The notes below the pieces were generated by a model, which saw only the letters and a program-made list of their open reading frames with translations, did not search any database and was not told the origin of the DNA. From an uncultured delta proteobacterium (GTDB lineage Bacteria; Myxococcota_A; Polyangia; Haliangiales; Haliangiaceae), in the NCBI GenBank assembly GCA_963743525.1, contig CAVUQH010000004.1:480001-544000 (forward strand): DNA of 64,000 bases, written 5' to 3'. Made by a program: the position numbers and the translations under genes. Positions 53,092 to 62,935 of the stretch are shown piece by piece; position 1 is the first letter of the stretch, and each line of letters starts with the position of its first letter.

Positions 53092-53701
53092 GGGGCTCCT
53101 CCGCGGCTGCGAGCGCCGCGGTGACGGCGCCCAGGGTCATGGCCGCGAGCACGTCGCGCGTCGGCGCGCGCGATGGCTCGGCGGAAAACAGGTGGCGCAG
53201 GCCGACGCGGATCCACATCGCCAGGAGGCCGTGGACGATCAGATCGATCGCGCCCGGATCGGCGCCGCGCCGCTCGGCCTCGGCGCCGAGCACCTGCCGG
53301 AGCAGGCGCGCGACCGGCGGATTGATGCCGTCGGTCAGCTCGTCCGGCGACAGCCCGGCGGTGCTGCGTTCGAGGTAGCAGCCAACCAGCTCCCGCTCCT
53401 CCTCGAGGAAGCCGAGAAAGGCGTCGGCCGCCGCCCGCACCGCCGCCCGCGCATCGGCCGGCACCCGCGACAGCGCCGCGCCCAACCGCGCGGCCAGCGC
53501 GTCGCCCAGCTCGGCGACGATGACGTCGAGCACCGCGCCCTTGTTATCGAAGTGGACATAGAAGGTGCCGTGAGCGAACCCGGCGGCCCGCGCAATGTCG
53601 CCCGCCCCGGTGGCCGCGAAGCCGTTGGCGGCAAAGCTCTTGCGAGCCGCCGCCACCAGCCGCTCGCGGGTCTGCTGCTTCTGCTCGGCCCTTGATGACA
53701 T
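53084..53701 (-). CDS. TetR-family regulator
   Basis: TRERLVAAARKSFAANGF..DIARAAG..GTFYVHFDNK. Confidence 0.92.
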   Translation of the reverse strand: MSSRAEQKQQTRERLVAAARKSFAANGFAATGAGDIARAAGFAHGTFYVHFDNKGAVLDVIVAELGDALAARLGAALSRVPADARAAVRAAADAFLGFLEEERELVGCYLERSTAGLSPDELTDGINPPVARLLRQVLGAEAERRGADPGAIDLIVHGLLAMWIRVGLRHLFSAEPSRAPTRDVLAAMTLGAVTAALAAAEEPHA

Positions 53702-53722
53702 GATGTCAGTGATATCATGTCA
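53696..53722. promoter_or_regulatory. 27-bp inverted repeat over the TetR start codon (autoregulatory operator)
   Basis: TGACATGAT-GTCAGTGAT-ATCATGTCA, perfect 9-bp arms. Confidence 0.75.
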
Positions 53723-53865
53723 CCTAAATAATGCAACGATATTATTAACTTGACGATCGACAAGTCGGCGGATTTCGATGATTGGATGCAGTCGCTCGCC
53801 GCCAACACGTCGATCGTCGCGGCGCGTCTGCGCGTGACCATCGCCGGGGAACGCGTGCCCTGAGC

Positions 53866-54372
53866 CTAGCGCTTGCTCGTGCGCCCGGCCTTGCGTTGGC
53901 GTGGCTCGCCCTGGCGTCCGGACGGATCGAGGCGCATGAAGCTTTCGTGCAGGCCCTCGACCAGGCGACCGACTTCCTCGGTCTCACCGTTGTATTCGAT
54001 GACCCGCCACTCGACGTTCTCGGAGATGCTCTCCTGCAGATCCTCGATCCCGTGAGAGGGATCATCGAGAAGCTGGACGACGTTGTAGAGCGCCTGCACC
54101 TGGGCATCCCTGACCACGTCGGTCAGATCGGCCGGGTCGATGCCCTTGTCGAGCATGCGCTTGATCGCGCCGGCGATCGGGTCCTTTGGATCGGCGAAGC
54201 TGGTCGACCATCGATCGTCTTCCTCGATCACGCAGCGCCACAGGCCGCTGAGCAACAGGAAGCGGACCAGCTGCGGGATATCCTCCTTGGCCTCCGACCG
54301 CGCCCACGACTTCGGGTTCTTCGCGCCGAGCTGTTGGAACAGCTCGAGCAAGCGCTCGTATGACATTGCCAT
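53866..54372 (-). CDS. Hypothetical cytoplasmic protein
   Basis: Protein-like composition; TAGCAT 6 nt before ATG. Confidence 0.7.
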   Translation of the reverse strand: MAMSYERLLELFQQLGAKNPKSWARSEAKEDIPQLVRFLLLSGLWRCVIEEDDRWSTSFADPKDPIAGAIKRMLDKGIDPADLTDVVRDAQVQALYNVVQLLDDPSHGIEDLQESISENVEWRVIEYNGETEEVGRLVEGLHESFMRLDPSGRQGEPRQRKAGRTSKR

Positions 54373-54403
54373 GCGGCGATGCTACGCCCCCGGCGGGAGC
54401 ACG

Positions 54404-55564
54404 TCAGCTCTTGCGGCAGTCCGGTTGCGGCGTGCCCGGGCGGGTCATGACCAGCTGGTAGAGCTGCATGTAGCGACAGCGGAAGCCGGCCGCGCACTGC
54501 AAGAGGTAGTAGCGCCACATGCGGTGGAAGCGCTCGTCGTAGCGGGCCGACAGCTCCGGCCAGGCGCGCTCGAAGTTCTCGTACCAGGCCATGCAGGTGC
54601 GGTCGTAGTCGGGGCCGAAGTTGTGCAGGTCTTCCAGCACGAACAGCCCTTCCATGGCGGTCGCGAGCTGGGCCGCGGTGGGCAACAGCGCGTTGGGGAA
54701 GATGTACTTGTGGATCCACGGGTCGATGAGCGTCTTGCTCTCGTTGCCGCCGATGGTGTGCACGAACGCAATGCCGCCCGGGGCCAGGCAGCGGTCGACC
54801 ACCTCCATGTACGTGCGGTAGTTCTTGTAGCCGACGTGCTCCATGATGCCGATGGAGATGACCGCGTCGTAGCTGCCGTGAGCGTCGCGGTAGTCGGCCA
54901 GCTGGATGTCAACCGGCAGGCCGTCGCACCGCTCCCTGGCCAGCGCCACCTGCTCGCGCGACACGGTCAGGCCGGTGACCTCGGCGCCGTAGCGCTCGGC
55001 GGCGAAGCGGGCAAAGCTGCCCCAGCCGCAGCCGAGCTCGAGGATGCGCATCCCCGGCCGGGCGCCGATCTTGCGGCAGACCAGATCGAGCTTGGCCTCC
55101 TGGGCCGCGTCCAGGTCGGCGGCGTCGCGCCAGTAGCCGCAGGTGTAGACCATCCGCGCGTCGAGCATCGCCTCGTACAGATCGTTGCCGATGTCGTAGT
55201 GGCGCTGGCCGACCTCGAAGGCGCGCGCCTTGCTCTGCATGTTGAGCAGGCGCGAGGCGACCACGTAGGCCATCACCAGCGGGTTCTGCTGGACCTTCTC
55301 CTTGAGGCCGTGGCCGACGATGCGGGTGAGGCAGTCGTCCAGCGCCTCGGCATCCCACCAGCCGTCCATGTACGCCTCGCCCAGGCCGATCGAGCCGTCG
55401 CGGATGACCCGCGCCCACAGCCGCGAGTCGTGCACCTGCATGTCGTGGGGCGCCGAGCCGTTGACCTCGATGCCCGACGCCTCCAGCAGCGCGCGAGAGA
55501 TCGTTTCGGCGTGGCGTGAGCCGGCCGAGATGCTGCGAAGAGCCTGTGCGGTTTCGTGGATCAC
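54404..55564 (-). CDS. cfa: Cyclopropane-fatty-acyl-phospholipid synthase
   Basis: GLGEAYMDGWW, HYDIGNDLY, YTCGYW, LELGCGWG, EHVG, KYIFP, RMWRYYL..CA. Confidence 0.93.
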   Translation of the reverse strand: MIHETAQALRSISAGSRHAETISRALLEASGIEVNGSAPHDMQVHDSRLWARVIRDGSIGLGEAYMDGWWDAEALDDCLTRIVGHGLKEKVQQNPLVMAYVVASRLLNMQSKARAFEVGQRHYDIGNDLYEAMLDARMVYTCGYWRDAADLDAAQEAKLDLVCRKIGARPGMRILELGCGWGSFARFAAERYGAEVTGLTVSREQVALARERCDGLPVDIQLADYRDAHGSYDAVISIGIMEHVGYKNYRTYMEVVDRCLAPGGIAFVHTIGGNESKTLIDPWIHKYIFPNALLPTAAQLATAMEGLFVLEDLHNFGPDYDRTCMAWYENFERAWPELSARYDERFHRMWRYYLLQCAAGFRCRYMQLYQLVMTRPGTPQPDCRKS

Positions 55565-56709
55565 GATGACCTCGCCGAGCGGGTTGCGATGCGGTGGAGG
55601 AGGCGACCGGCGGGCAGCGGCTTGCCGCCGAAGAGCCAGGCGAAGCCGCCGGCAACCAGCGGATCGGTCAACCGGCGGACGGCTGCGCGGGCGACGCCGC
55701 GCGGGCGGTGCTCGTCGCCGCCGCCGCGCAGCGAGGCGCCGGCCTCGCGCGCGGCGTGGAGCACGGTGTAGTCGCGGAAGACCGGGTGCGACGCCAGGCG
55801 GTGACCGTAGTCGGTAGCCGCATCCTCGGCGACGGCGCCGGCCGCGATCCGACCCGACAGCACGCCGGGGAAGATGCCCTCGGCGGTCAGCGGCTGGGCC
55901 AGTCCCAGGGCATCGCCGACCAGCAGCGCGCGGCCCTGCGACGCCCCTTGGAGATGCGCCGGATCGAAGAGGTAGTACGAGTGCCCCTTCATGTGCTCGA
56001 GCTCGGCGTCGGCCTCGCGCGGGACCGCCGCGGCGAAGTGCGCGCGCGCGTCCTGCCAGGCGGCCAGCACCTGTCGCGCGTCCATGGTCCCGCTGCCGAC
56101 GTTGAGCCAGTCGGTCTTGGGAATGTTCCACGAGTAGCCGCGCAGGTCGTCGTGGAGCAGCAGCTGTGGCTCGCCGTCGGCGCCGACGCGGGCGGCCGCG
56201 ATGGCCCCGGGGTCGGCGTGGAGCTCCAGCTCGCGGGCGCCGACCGGACGTCCCGGCCTGGCCGGAAACAGCGACCGCGCCACCGGACAGTGGGTGCCGC
56301 CGGCGCCGATCAACCAGCGGGCGCGAAAGCGACCCTCGATCACCCAGTCGTCGCCGTCGCTGTCGATCGTCTTGACCGGCAGCTGGTGGACGTCGGCGCC
56401 GCTCTGCGCCAGCAACCAGGCGTCGAGCTCGAACCGGCGGATGAACCAGCCGCGCGCGCGGGTGGTGTAGCGGCGGCCGCCGAAGTCAACGTGGCAGCGA
56501 TCCCACGCCCACAGCCCACCGGGATAGTCGGCGGGTCGCAGCTCCAAGGCATCCCAGATCGGCGCGCTCAACCAGCCCGCGCACAGCTTGACCCGAGGAA
56601 AGGTGGCCCGGTCGAGCACCGCGACCCGCAGCCCCGCGCGGACCATCCACCGCGCCGCAGTGCTTCCCGCCGGACCGCCACCAACCACCACCGCGTCATA
56701 CCGTTCCAC
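55561..56709 (-). CDS. FAD-dependent oxidoreductase, geranylgeranyl-reductase family
   Basis: VGGGPAGS, FPRVKLCAG, IRRFELDAWL, LVGDA..PLTAEGI; GTGA overlap with cfa. Confidence 0.85.
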   Translation of the reverse strand: MERYDAVVVGGGPAGSTAARWMVRAGLRVAVLDRATFPRVKLCAGWLSAPIWDALELRPADYPGGLWAWDRCHVDFGGRRYTTRARGWFIRRFELDAWLLAQSGADVHQLPVKTIDSDGDDWVIEGRFRARWLIGAGGTHCPVARSLFPARPGRPVGARELELHADPGAIAAARVGADGEPQLLLHDDLRGYSWNIPKTDWLNVGSGTMDARQVLAAWQDARAHFAAAVPREADAELEHMKGHSYYLFDPAHLQGASQGRALLVGDALGLAQPLTAEGIFPGVLSGRIAAGAVAEDAATDYGHRLASHPVFRDYTVLHAAREAGASLRGGGDEHRPRGVARAAVRRLTDPLVAGGFAWLFGGKPLPAGRLLHRIATRSARSS

Positions 56710-56952
56710 GATGGCAATCTAGCGCCCCATGTGGCACGCAACAACGCAGCAGAGATCCCGGCACCGAGCGAAGCTGAATCGCGCTTCATTCACGCGACGC
56801 CGCGCGCGTGCCCGCTTACACAGTGAGCCCACACCGAGCGTTTCGATTGTCGACGCGCGTTGCTCAACCGAACACGCCGGTCACACGGGTGACGCCGAAC
56901 CTCCCGACGTTACACGGGTCAACATGGCGTACCTCTTGCTACTCCCGCGCGC

Positions 56953-58032
56953 ATGAGCCACGCATCTCCCCGTCTCGCTCCCGGCGTCGTCACCGGCGAG
57001 GACTACCTGTCGCTGATCGATGCCTGCAAGCGCGGCGGCTATGCCCTGCCCGCGGTCAACATCACCGGCACCAACACCGTCAACGCCGCCATGGAAGCGG
57101 CGGCCGCCCACGGCAGCGACATCATCATCCAGATGTCCAACGGCGGCGCGCAGTTCTTCGCCGGCAAAGGCCTGCCCGACAGCGCCCGCGCCCGCGTGCT
57201 CGGTGCGGTGTCGGCGGCGCGCCACGTGCACCTCCTGGCCGAGGCGTACGGCATCTGCGCGGTGCTGCACACCGACCACGCCAACCGCGGGTTGGTGCCG
57301 TGGGTCAACGCGATGCTCGACGCCGGCGTCAACCACAAGAAGAGCACCGGCAAGCCGCTGTTCAGCTCGCACATGCTCGACCTGTCGGAGGAGCCGATCG
57401 AGGACAACCTGCGCGAGTGCGCCCGCGTCCTCGACCGCATGCGCGGCCTCGACATGAGCCTGGAGATCGAGCTCGGCGTCACCGGCGGCGAAGAGGACGG
57501 CATCGGCTCCGAAGAGTGCGACGCCACCGACCCGCGCCTGTACACCCAGCCGTCCGAGGTGCTGGCGGCGTACGAGGCGCTGTCGCCGATCGGATCGTTC
57601 TCGGTGGCGGCCTCGTTCGGCAACGTCCACGGCGTGTACAAGCCGGGCAACGTGGTGCTGCGGCCGGAGATCCTGCGCGACTCGCAGGCGCTGGTCGCCG
57701 AGCGCCACGGCACCGGACCCAACCCGCTCAACCTGGTGTTCCACGGCGGGTCCGGCTCGGAGAAGGCCAAGATCCGCGAGGCCATCTCCTACGGCGTGTT
57801 CAAGATGAACATCGACACCGACACCCAGTTCGCGTTTGCCAACTCCATCGGCAACTACGTCAAGGAGCACGCCCGCGCCTTCACCTACCAGATCGATCCC
57901 GAGACCGACGCGCCGTACAAGAAGCAGTACGACCCGCGGGTGTGGCTGCGCCACGGCGAGCAGGGGATGATCGCGCGGCTGGCCGAGGCGTTCGCCGACC
58001 TGGGCAGCGCCGGACGATCGCTGGCGCGCTGA
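56953..58032 (+). CDS. fbaA: Class II fructose-bisphosphate aldolase
   Basis: HTDH, FSSHMLDLSEE, LEIELGVTGGEEDG, FGNVHGVYKPG, FHGGSGS, KMNIDTD. Confidence 0.96.
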   Translation: MSHASPRLAPGVVTGEDYLSLIDACKRGGYALPAVNITGTNTVNAAMEAAAAHGSDIIIQMSNGGAQFFAGKGLPDSARARVLGAVSAARHVHLLAEAYGICAVLHTDHANRGLVPWVNAMLDAGVNHKKSTGKPLFSSHMLDLSEEPIEDNLRECARVLDRMRGLDMSLEIELGVTGGEEDGIGSEECDATDPRLYTQPSEVLAAYEALSPIGSFSVAASFGNVHGVYKPGNVVLRPEILRDSQALVAERHGTGPNPLNLVFHGGSGSEKAKIREAISYGVFKMNIDTDTQFAFANSIGNYVKEHARAFTYQIDPETDAPYKKQYDPRVWLRHGEQGMIARLAEAFADLGSAGRSLAR

Positions 58033-58056
58033 GTCCCGACCCGCTACGCTGATGTG

Positions 58057-58579
58057 ATGCTCCATCGCATCGGCCCGCGATCCGACCGACCCGATGGCGT
58101 GGTGGCGCGCCTGTCGGAATGCCACACGCGCATCCGCCGTTTCAGCGCGCTGGCCGCGCGGCTCGCCGACGCCGGGCCGGCGTCCGACGCGGAGATCGCC
58201 GAGGCCGCGCGCGCGGTGATCAGCTACTTCGATCTGGCGCTGCCGCTGCACGCCGCCGACGAGGACCAGTCGATCGCGCCACGACTGGGCCCGGCGCAGG
58301 CGTCCGTGCTGGCCGAGATGAGCCGCACAGCACCAGCGGATCGAGTGGCTGCTCGACGAGCTGATCCCGCGATGGCGCCGCCTGGCCACGACGCCGGCCG
58401 ATCGCGACGCCGACCGATCGCAGCTGAGCGACGGCGCCGCGCGCCTCGACGCCATCTTCGACGCGCACCTCGCGCTGGAGGAAGCGCACGTCTTCCCCGC
58501 GATCGAAGCCCTCCCCGCTGCCGTCCAGGAGCAGATCCTGGACGAGATGACCGCGCGCCGCAGACCGACGCGCGACTGA
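58057..58579 (+). CDS. Second hemerythrin-like protein, one frameshift near 58326
   Basis: ECHTRI, LHAADED; shifted frame QHQRIE...HLALEEAHVFP to TGA 58579. Confidence 0.75.
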
Positions 58580-58585
58580 CACCGA

Positions 58586-58840
58586 CTACATGTCGTCGAC
58601 GGCGCCGGCGCCGTCACCCTCGTCGGGCGCCGAGTCACCGTCGTCGTCGGTGGCGCACGGGTTGTCGCCGCACGGGTTCGCGCACGGGTTCGCGCACGGG
58701 TTGTCGCCGCTGCCGCACGGGTTGGTCGCGCACGGGTTGTCGTTGCCGCTCGCCGGCGTGTTCGCCGTCTTCTTGGCGCCGCCGCCGCAGGCAGCCAGAC
58801 CGAGGGACAGCGCGAAGACCAGAGAAAGGATCTTGGACAT
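58586..58840 (-). CDS. 84-aa lipoprotein with six NPC repeats and an acidic tail
   Basis: Lipobox LAAC; NPC x6 (GCACGGGTT repeated on the + strand). Confidence 0.75.
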   Translation of the reverse strand: MSKILSLVFALSLGLAACGGGAKKTANTPASGNDNPCATNPCGSGDNPCANPCANPCGDNPCATDDDGDSAPDEGDGAGAVDDM

Positions 58841-58977
58841 GCGTCGCATCGTACCCCCTGGCGCCAACTCCGGACCCACGGGCCGCACGTATTTTCGGCG
58901 AGTTCGACGACACCTACCCACACAACGGGAAGGCGATGCCGCGAATGCACGTACCATGGGCGCGGGGGATCGCGATC

Positions 58978-61683
58978 GTGTCCGAGTTCGACAGCAGACA
59001 GCCAGCAGCACCGACCACCAAGCCGGCGCCCAAGAAGCCTGCGGCGGCTCCGGGGCGAGCGACGCGGACCAGCAAGATCCAGCGCAAGGCCGCCCCGGGT
59101 GGCAGCGGCAGCGGAGCCGCCGGCGCCGACGCAGCGCTCGACGCGGCCACACAGTCGAGTGGTGCCGGCCTGCCGTCGGACATGCGCGGTGACCTCGAGG
59201 GATCGCTGGGTACCTCGCTCGCCGACGTGCGCGTGCACACCGGCTCGGAGTCGGCCACCGCGGCGGCGGCGATGGGCGCGCGCGCCTTCACCGTCGGCCA
59301 GGACATTCACTTCGGCGCCGGCAACTTCGCGCCGAGCTCGAGCAGCGGCCGCGAGCTGATCGCGCACGAGGTCGCCCACACGGTTCAGCAGCAGGGCGGC
59401 GGCGGCGCCAATCAGGCCAAGCTCGAGGTCAGCCAGCCGGGCGACAGCCACGAGGTCGCGGCCGACCGCTTTGCCGCCGCGTTCTCCATGGGCGTCGGCC
59501 AGCTGGCGCCGATCGCGCGGGGCAGCGTCTCCGGCAACCTCAGCCGCGACGCCGAGGAAGGCGGCGGCGGCGTGGGCGACATGGCCCTCGGCTGGGTCAT
59601 CGATCGAATCCACGACGCGTCGTCGCTGGTCAGCGCGCTGTCCACGGTCAGCGCGACGATGGCGCAGACGGTGATCCGGACCATCGCCAACCGGGCACCA
59701 CAGATCATCGAGAGCTTCATCGAGCTCAACCCGACCCACTCGCTGGTCATCTACGCCATCCGACAGATTTCCCACGAACGCGTGCAGGCGCTGTTCGCGC
59801 GCATCGACGTGGCCCAGGTCGCGCGCATCGTGCAGAGCCTGGCCGCCGCCGGGCTGCTGGTCGCCTTCGGCCCGCTGATCTTCGCCCTGGCCCCGGAGCG
59901 GGCGCGGCAGATCATCCACAACCTCGACCGCAACGTCGTCACGCCGCTGTTCCGCGCAGCGAACGCCCAGTCCAAGGCGTTCGTCACCCAGATCCTCAAC
60001 GAGGTCTGGCCGATCGGCCTGGGTGTCGCCGTCAGTGCCGGACTGGGCGCCACCTTTGGCTATCCGATCTATGTCGGCGGCGACGCGCTGTTCACCCTGT
60101 CGCGCGCCAGCACCGAGAACTTCGAGTTCCGCCGCCGCGGCGAAGCCCGAGTGGCGGCCGATTCCGGCGCCGGCGTGGGCGCGTTCTACGGCACCGGTGG
60201 CCGCGCGCAAGGCGGCGGCACCAGCGCCGGCGGCGGCGAGGGTGCCAGCGGCATCGGCGTCGGTGCCAGCGCCGGCGTGCAGGGCCAGGCCGGCGTCAAG
60301 ATGATCGTCGATCAGAAGTTCGGCTTCCCGGTGTTCGAGGACAACGCGTTCCTGTCGATGCTGGTCGCGGTCTCCGGCGCCGACACGTCAACCTCGTTCA
60401 TGGTCGGGCGGATGCTGTTCGACTGCGTCGCCAACGTCGACCCGATGCTCTACAACACGTCGACCAAGTTCGAGGCCAAGCTGTACGCCGAGGGCAACGC
60501 CGCGGCCCAGGCCGGCCTGCGCCTGCGCGACGAGAACACCATCGACGCGCCGCAGAGCTGGAGCACGCGCGAGGGCCAGGGTGCCGCCAACACCGGCGCC
60601 ACCAGCTGGTGGACGCGTCTGCTCGGTCTCAACGCCAGTCTCGTCGGCCACGCTGGCGCGGAGGCCGGCATCGGCGTGGAGATGACGCCCCACTACGGCC
60701 GCGATCGCAGCCAGGGCCCGGAGTCGATCGACTTCGAGCTGAGCATCGAGGCATCGGCCGCGCTCAGCGTGGTGCACAGCATTCCGTGGCTGTCGTCGCA
60801 CCTGCCCCAGCTGCCCAGCCTCGACGGCGCCATGGGTGCCAAGGTCCGTTTCCACGCCACGCCGCCGTCAACGCCGGAAGGCGATCCGCAGCTGCAGAAC
60901 ACCGGCATGTCGCTCTACGCCAAGACCGGCGAGACCGACATGTACCAGGGCGAGGCGAGCGAGACCGAGGTGTCGATGAACTACGACGAACACACGTTCG
61001 ACGACATCGACCATTTCCTCGCCAGCATCCAGGGCGGCATCCAGTTCTTCCGCCGCTTCAGCGTCGGCAGCACCCTGGGTCGCAAATACATGGCCATGGC
61101 CGGGCGGCAGCGCGCCTTCAACGCCATGCTGCCGCAGCAGTACCGGACCTTCGGCTTCACCCTCGAGGGCTACCTCGACTTCAAGGCGATGATCAGCGTC
61201 GCCCAGGCGCGGTCGATCTTCCGCACGGTGCAGGCCGCCGTGCACACCGGAAGCCAGGGCGACGACGCGCTGCAGCGCCTGTACGCCGACGTGCTCCGTT
61301 TCTTCAACACCGGTCACGCGCCTGCCTATGTCACCAGTGCGCTGACCGACGTCGCCAACACCATGCTGTCGGGCGTCCGCGAGCTCAAGCTTCACGGACA
61401 GGCGGGGCTGCGCGTCGCCGCCGGCGCGCAGGCGTCCGAGGGCGCCAAGGTGCGGCTGCACGGCAGCGCCGGCGCCATGGTCACGCTCGACTACGACATC
61501 CTCCAGGCGATCGGCCACGGCGCAATCACCGTCAACGACATCCAGCATCTGATCGAGCAGGGCGTCGATGCCGCCCGCGGCTTCATCGAGATGGGCGGCG
61601 ACGACTCGGTCAACGCCAACCCGCCCGCGGACGCCGACGCTGCGCAGCCGGCGGCCAGCGGCAGCGGCGGGGCCCAGGACTGA
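58978..61683 (+). CDS. DUF4157 (eCIS-core) domain protein with a long uncharacterised C-terminus
   Basis: LADVRVHT..ARAFTVGQDIHFG..RELIAHEVAHTVQQ..VSQPGDSHEVAAD; start approximate. Confidence 0.85.
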   Translation: MSEFDSRQPAAPTTKPAPKKPAAAPGRATRTSKIQRKAAPGGSGSGAAGADAALDAATQSSGAGLPSDMRGDLEGSLGTSLADVRVHTGSESATAAAAMGARAFTVGQDIHFGAGNFAPSSSSGRELIAHEVAHTVQQQGGGGANQAKLEVSQPGDSHEVAADRFAAAFSMGVGQLAPIARGSVSGNLSRDAEEGGGGVGDMALGWVIDRIHDASSLVSALSTVSATMAQTVIRTIANRAPQIIESFIELNPTHSLVIYAIRQISHERVQALFARIDVAQVARIVQSLAAAGLLVAFGPLIFALAPERARQIIHNLDRNVVTPLFRAANAQSKAFVTQILNEVWPIGLGVAVSAGLGATFGYPIYVGGDALFTLSRASTENFEFRRRGEARVAADSGAGVGAFYGTGGRAQGGGTSAGGGEGASGIGVGASAGVQGQAGVKMIVDQKFGFPVFEDNAFLSMLVAVSGADTSTSFMVGRMLFDCVANVDPMLYNTSTKFEAKLYAEGNAAAQAGLRLRDENTIDAPQSWSTREGQGAANTGATSWWTRLLGLNASLVGHAGAEAGIGVEMTPHYGRDRSQGPESIDFELSIEASAALSVVHSIPWLSSHLPQLPSLDGAMGAKVRFHATPPSTPEGDPQLQNTGMSLYAKTGETDMYQGEASETEVSMNYDEHTFDDIDHFLASIQGGIQFFRRFSVGSTLGRKYMAMAGRQRAFNAMLPQQYRTFGFTLEGYLDFKAMISVAQARSIFRTVQAAVHTGSQGDDALQRLYADVLRFFNTGHAPAYVTSALTDVANTMLSGVRELKLHGQAGLRVAAGAQASEGAKVRLHGSAGAMVTLDYDILQAIGHGAITVNDIQHLIEQGVDAARGFIEMGGDDSVNANPPADADAAQPAASGSGGAQD

Positions 61684-61686
61684 GCC

Positions 61687-62925
61687 ATGGCCCGGATCGC
61701 CTGTCTCTGCTACTCGGGCAGCCTGGCCCATGCCGGACGTACGGTCGCGGTCGCCCGCGAGCTGGCGCGGCGCGGCCACGACGTCACCGTGTGCGGCCAG
61801 CCGCGCTACCTCGAGTCGAGCCTGCTGGTCAACCGCGGTGAGCTGCCGCTCGAGGTGTTGCACGAGCCGGATCTGTCGGCGGTGCTGGCGCCGTCGCGCG
61901 GCGGCGCCGACGACGAGCAGGCCGGCGCCTTCGCCTTTGCCGGCGCGGTCCACGACGAGCTGCAGCTGTTCTCGCGCCTGCGCCCGCAGGCGGTCGTGGT
62001 CGACAACCGGCGCAGCGCCATCGTCTCGGCCGCGCGCATCGGCGTCCCGTCGGTGTCGCTGACCAACGCCAGCCTGCTGGGCTCGCTCAGCGCCATCAAT
62101 CCGCTGCGCTCGGAGCTGGCCGACATCGGCGGTCCGGCGGTCGGCTTGCCGCCGATGGAGATGCGGCAGAGCCCGGCGCTGCGCGGCCGCCCCGACGACG
62201 AGGTGATTCCCATCGGCGCGCGACCGCTGCCGCCGATCCTGGCCGACTTCATCGGCAGCATGGGCGTTACGCCGCCGGCGTCGGTGCACGAGCTGTCGCT
62301 GGGCACGCGCACCCTGGTGCTCGACGACGCCACGCTGTTCCCGGTGCGCGACCTTCCCGAAGGCGCCCGCCAGGTCGGGCCGCTGACCTTCGACGTGGCG
62401 ACGCAGATGCCGCGCTGGTGGTGGTCGCTGCCCGAGGAGCTGCCGTTCGTCTACGTCACCTTCGGTTCCACCGGTTCGGCACCACTGCTCGAGCGGCTGC
62501 TCGAGGCGCTGGTCGGGCTGGGAACTCAGCTGGTGGCGACCACCGCCGATCTGATTCAAACCGTGCCCGACGGTGTGCACGCCTGCCGCTACCTGCCGGG
62601 CAGCGAGGTCGCCCGCCGCGCCCGGTTGGTGGTCTGCCACGGCGGCAGCTTGACCATGTACCAGGCGCTCGCCGGCGGCACGCCGGTGATGGCGGTGCCA
62701 ACGCACTTCGAGCAGGCGATCGAGGCGATCCCCTTCGTCCGCGCCGGCGTGGCCCGGGCGATGTCGCAGCTCGACGTCGCCGCCGACCCGGCCAGCGCAG
62801 CGGCGGTGGCCCGGGGCATGCTCGACGACGCGGCCTTGCACCGGCGCGCCGAGGAGGCCGGCAAGCGGATCGATTCGACCGCGGCCCTGGCCGCCTGCGC
62901 CGACACGGTCGAAGAGCTGGTCTGA
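61687..62925 (+). CDS. GT1/MGT-like glycosyltransferase
   Basis: AH..R..AVARELARRGHDV, VYVTFGS, CHGG..T..ALAGGTP, EQ. Confidence 0.85.
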   Translation: MARIACLCYSGSLAHAGRTVAVARELARRGHDVTVCGQPRYLESSLLVNRGELPLEVLHEPDLSAVLAPSRGGADDEQAGAFAFAGAVHDELQLFSRLRPQAVVVDNRRSAIVSAARIGVPSVSLTNASLLGSLSAINPLRSELADIGGPAVGLPPMEMRQSPALRGRPDDEVIPIGARPLPPILADFIGSMGVTPPASVHELSLGTRTLVLDDATLFPVRDLPEGARQVGPLTFDVATQMPRWWWSLPEELPFVYVTFGSTGSAPLLERLLEALVGLGTQLVATTADLIQTVPDGVHACRYLPGSEVARRARLVVCHGGSLTMYQALAGGTPVMAVPTHFEQAIEAIPFVRAGVARAMSQLDVAADPASAAAVARGMLDDAALHRRAEEAGKRIDSTAALAACADTVEELV

Positions 62926-62935
62926 GTCGCCGGGC

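Noticed and set aside
58654..58739. GCACGGGTT repeats as a CRISPR array
   Set aside because: 9-bp in-frame coding repeats (NPC) with very short spacers, and no cas genes.
58054..61683. 1209-aa ORF as a hemerythrin-DUF4157 fusion
   Set aside because: Artefact of the indel near 58326. The hemerythrin ends at 58579, a minus-strand gene lies in between, and the DUF4157 gene starts near 58978.
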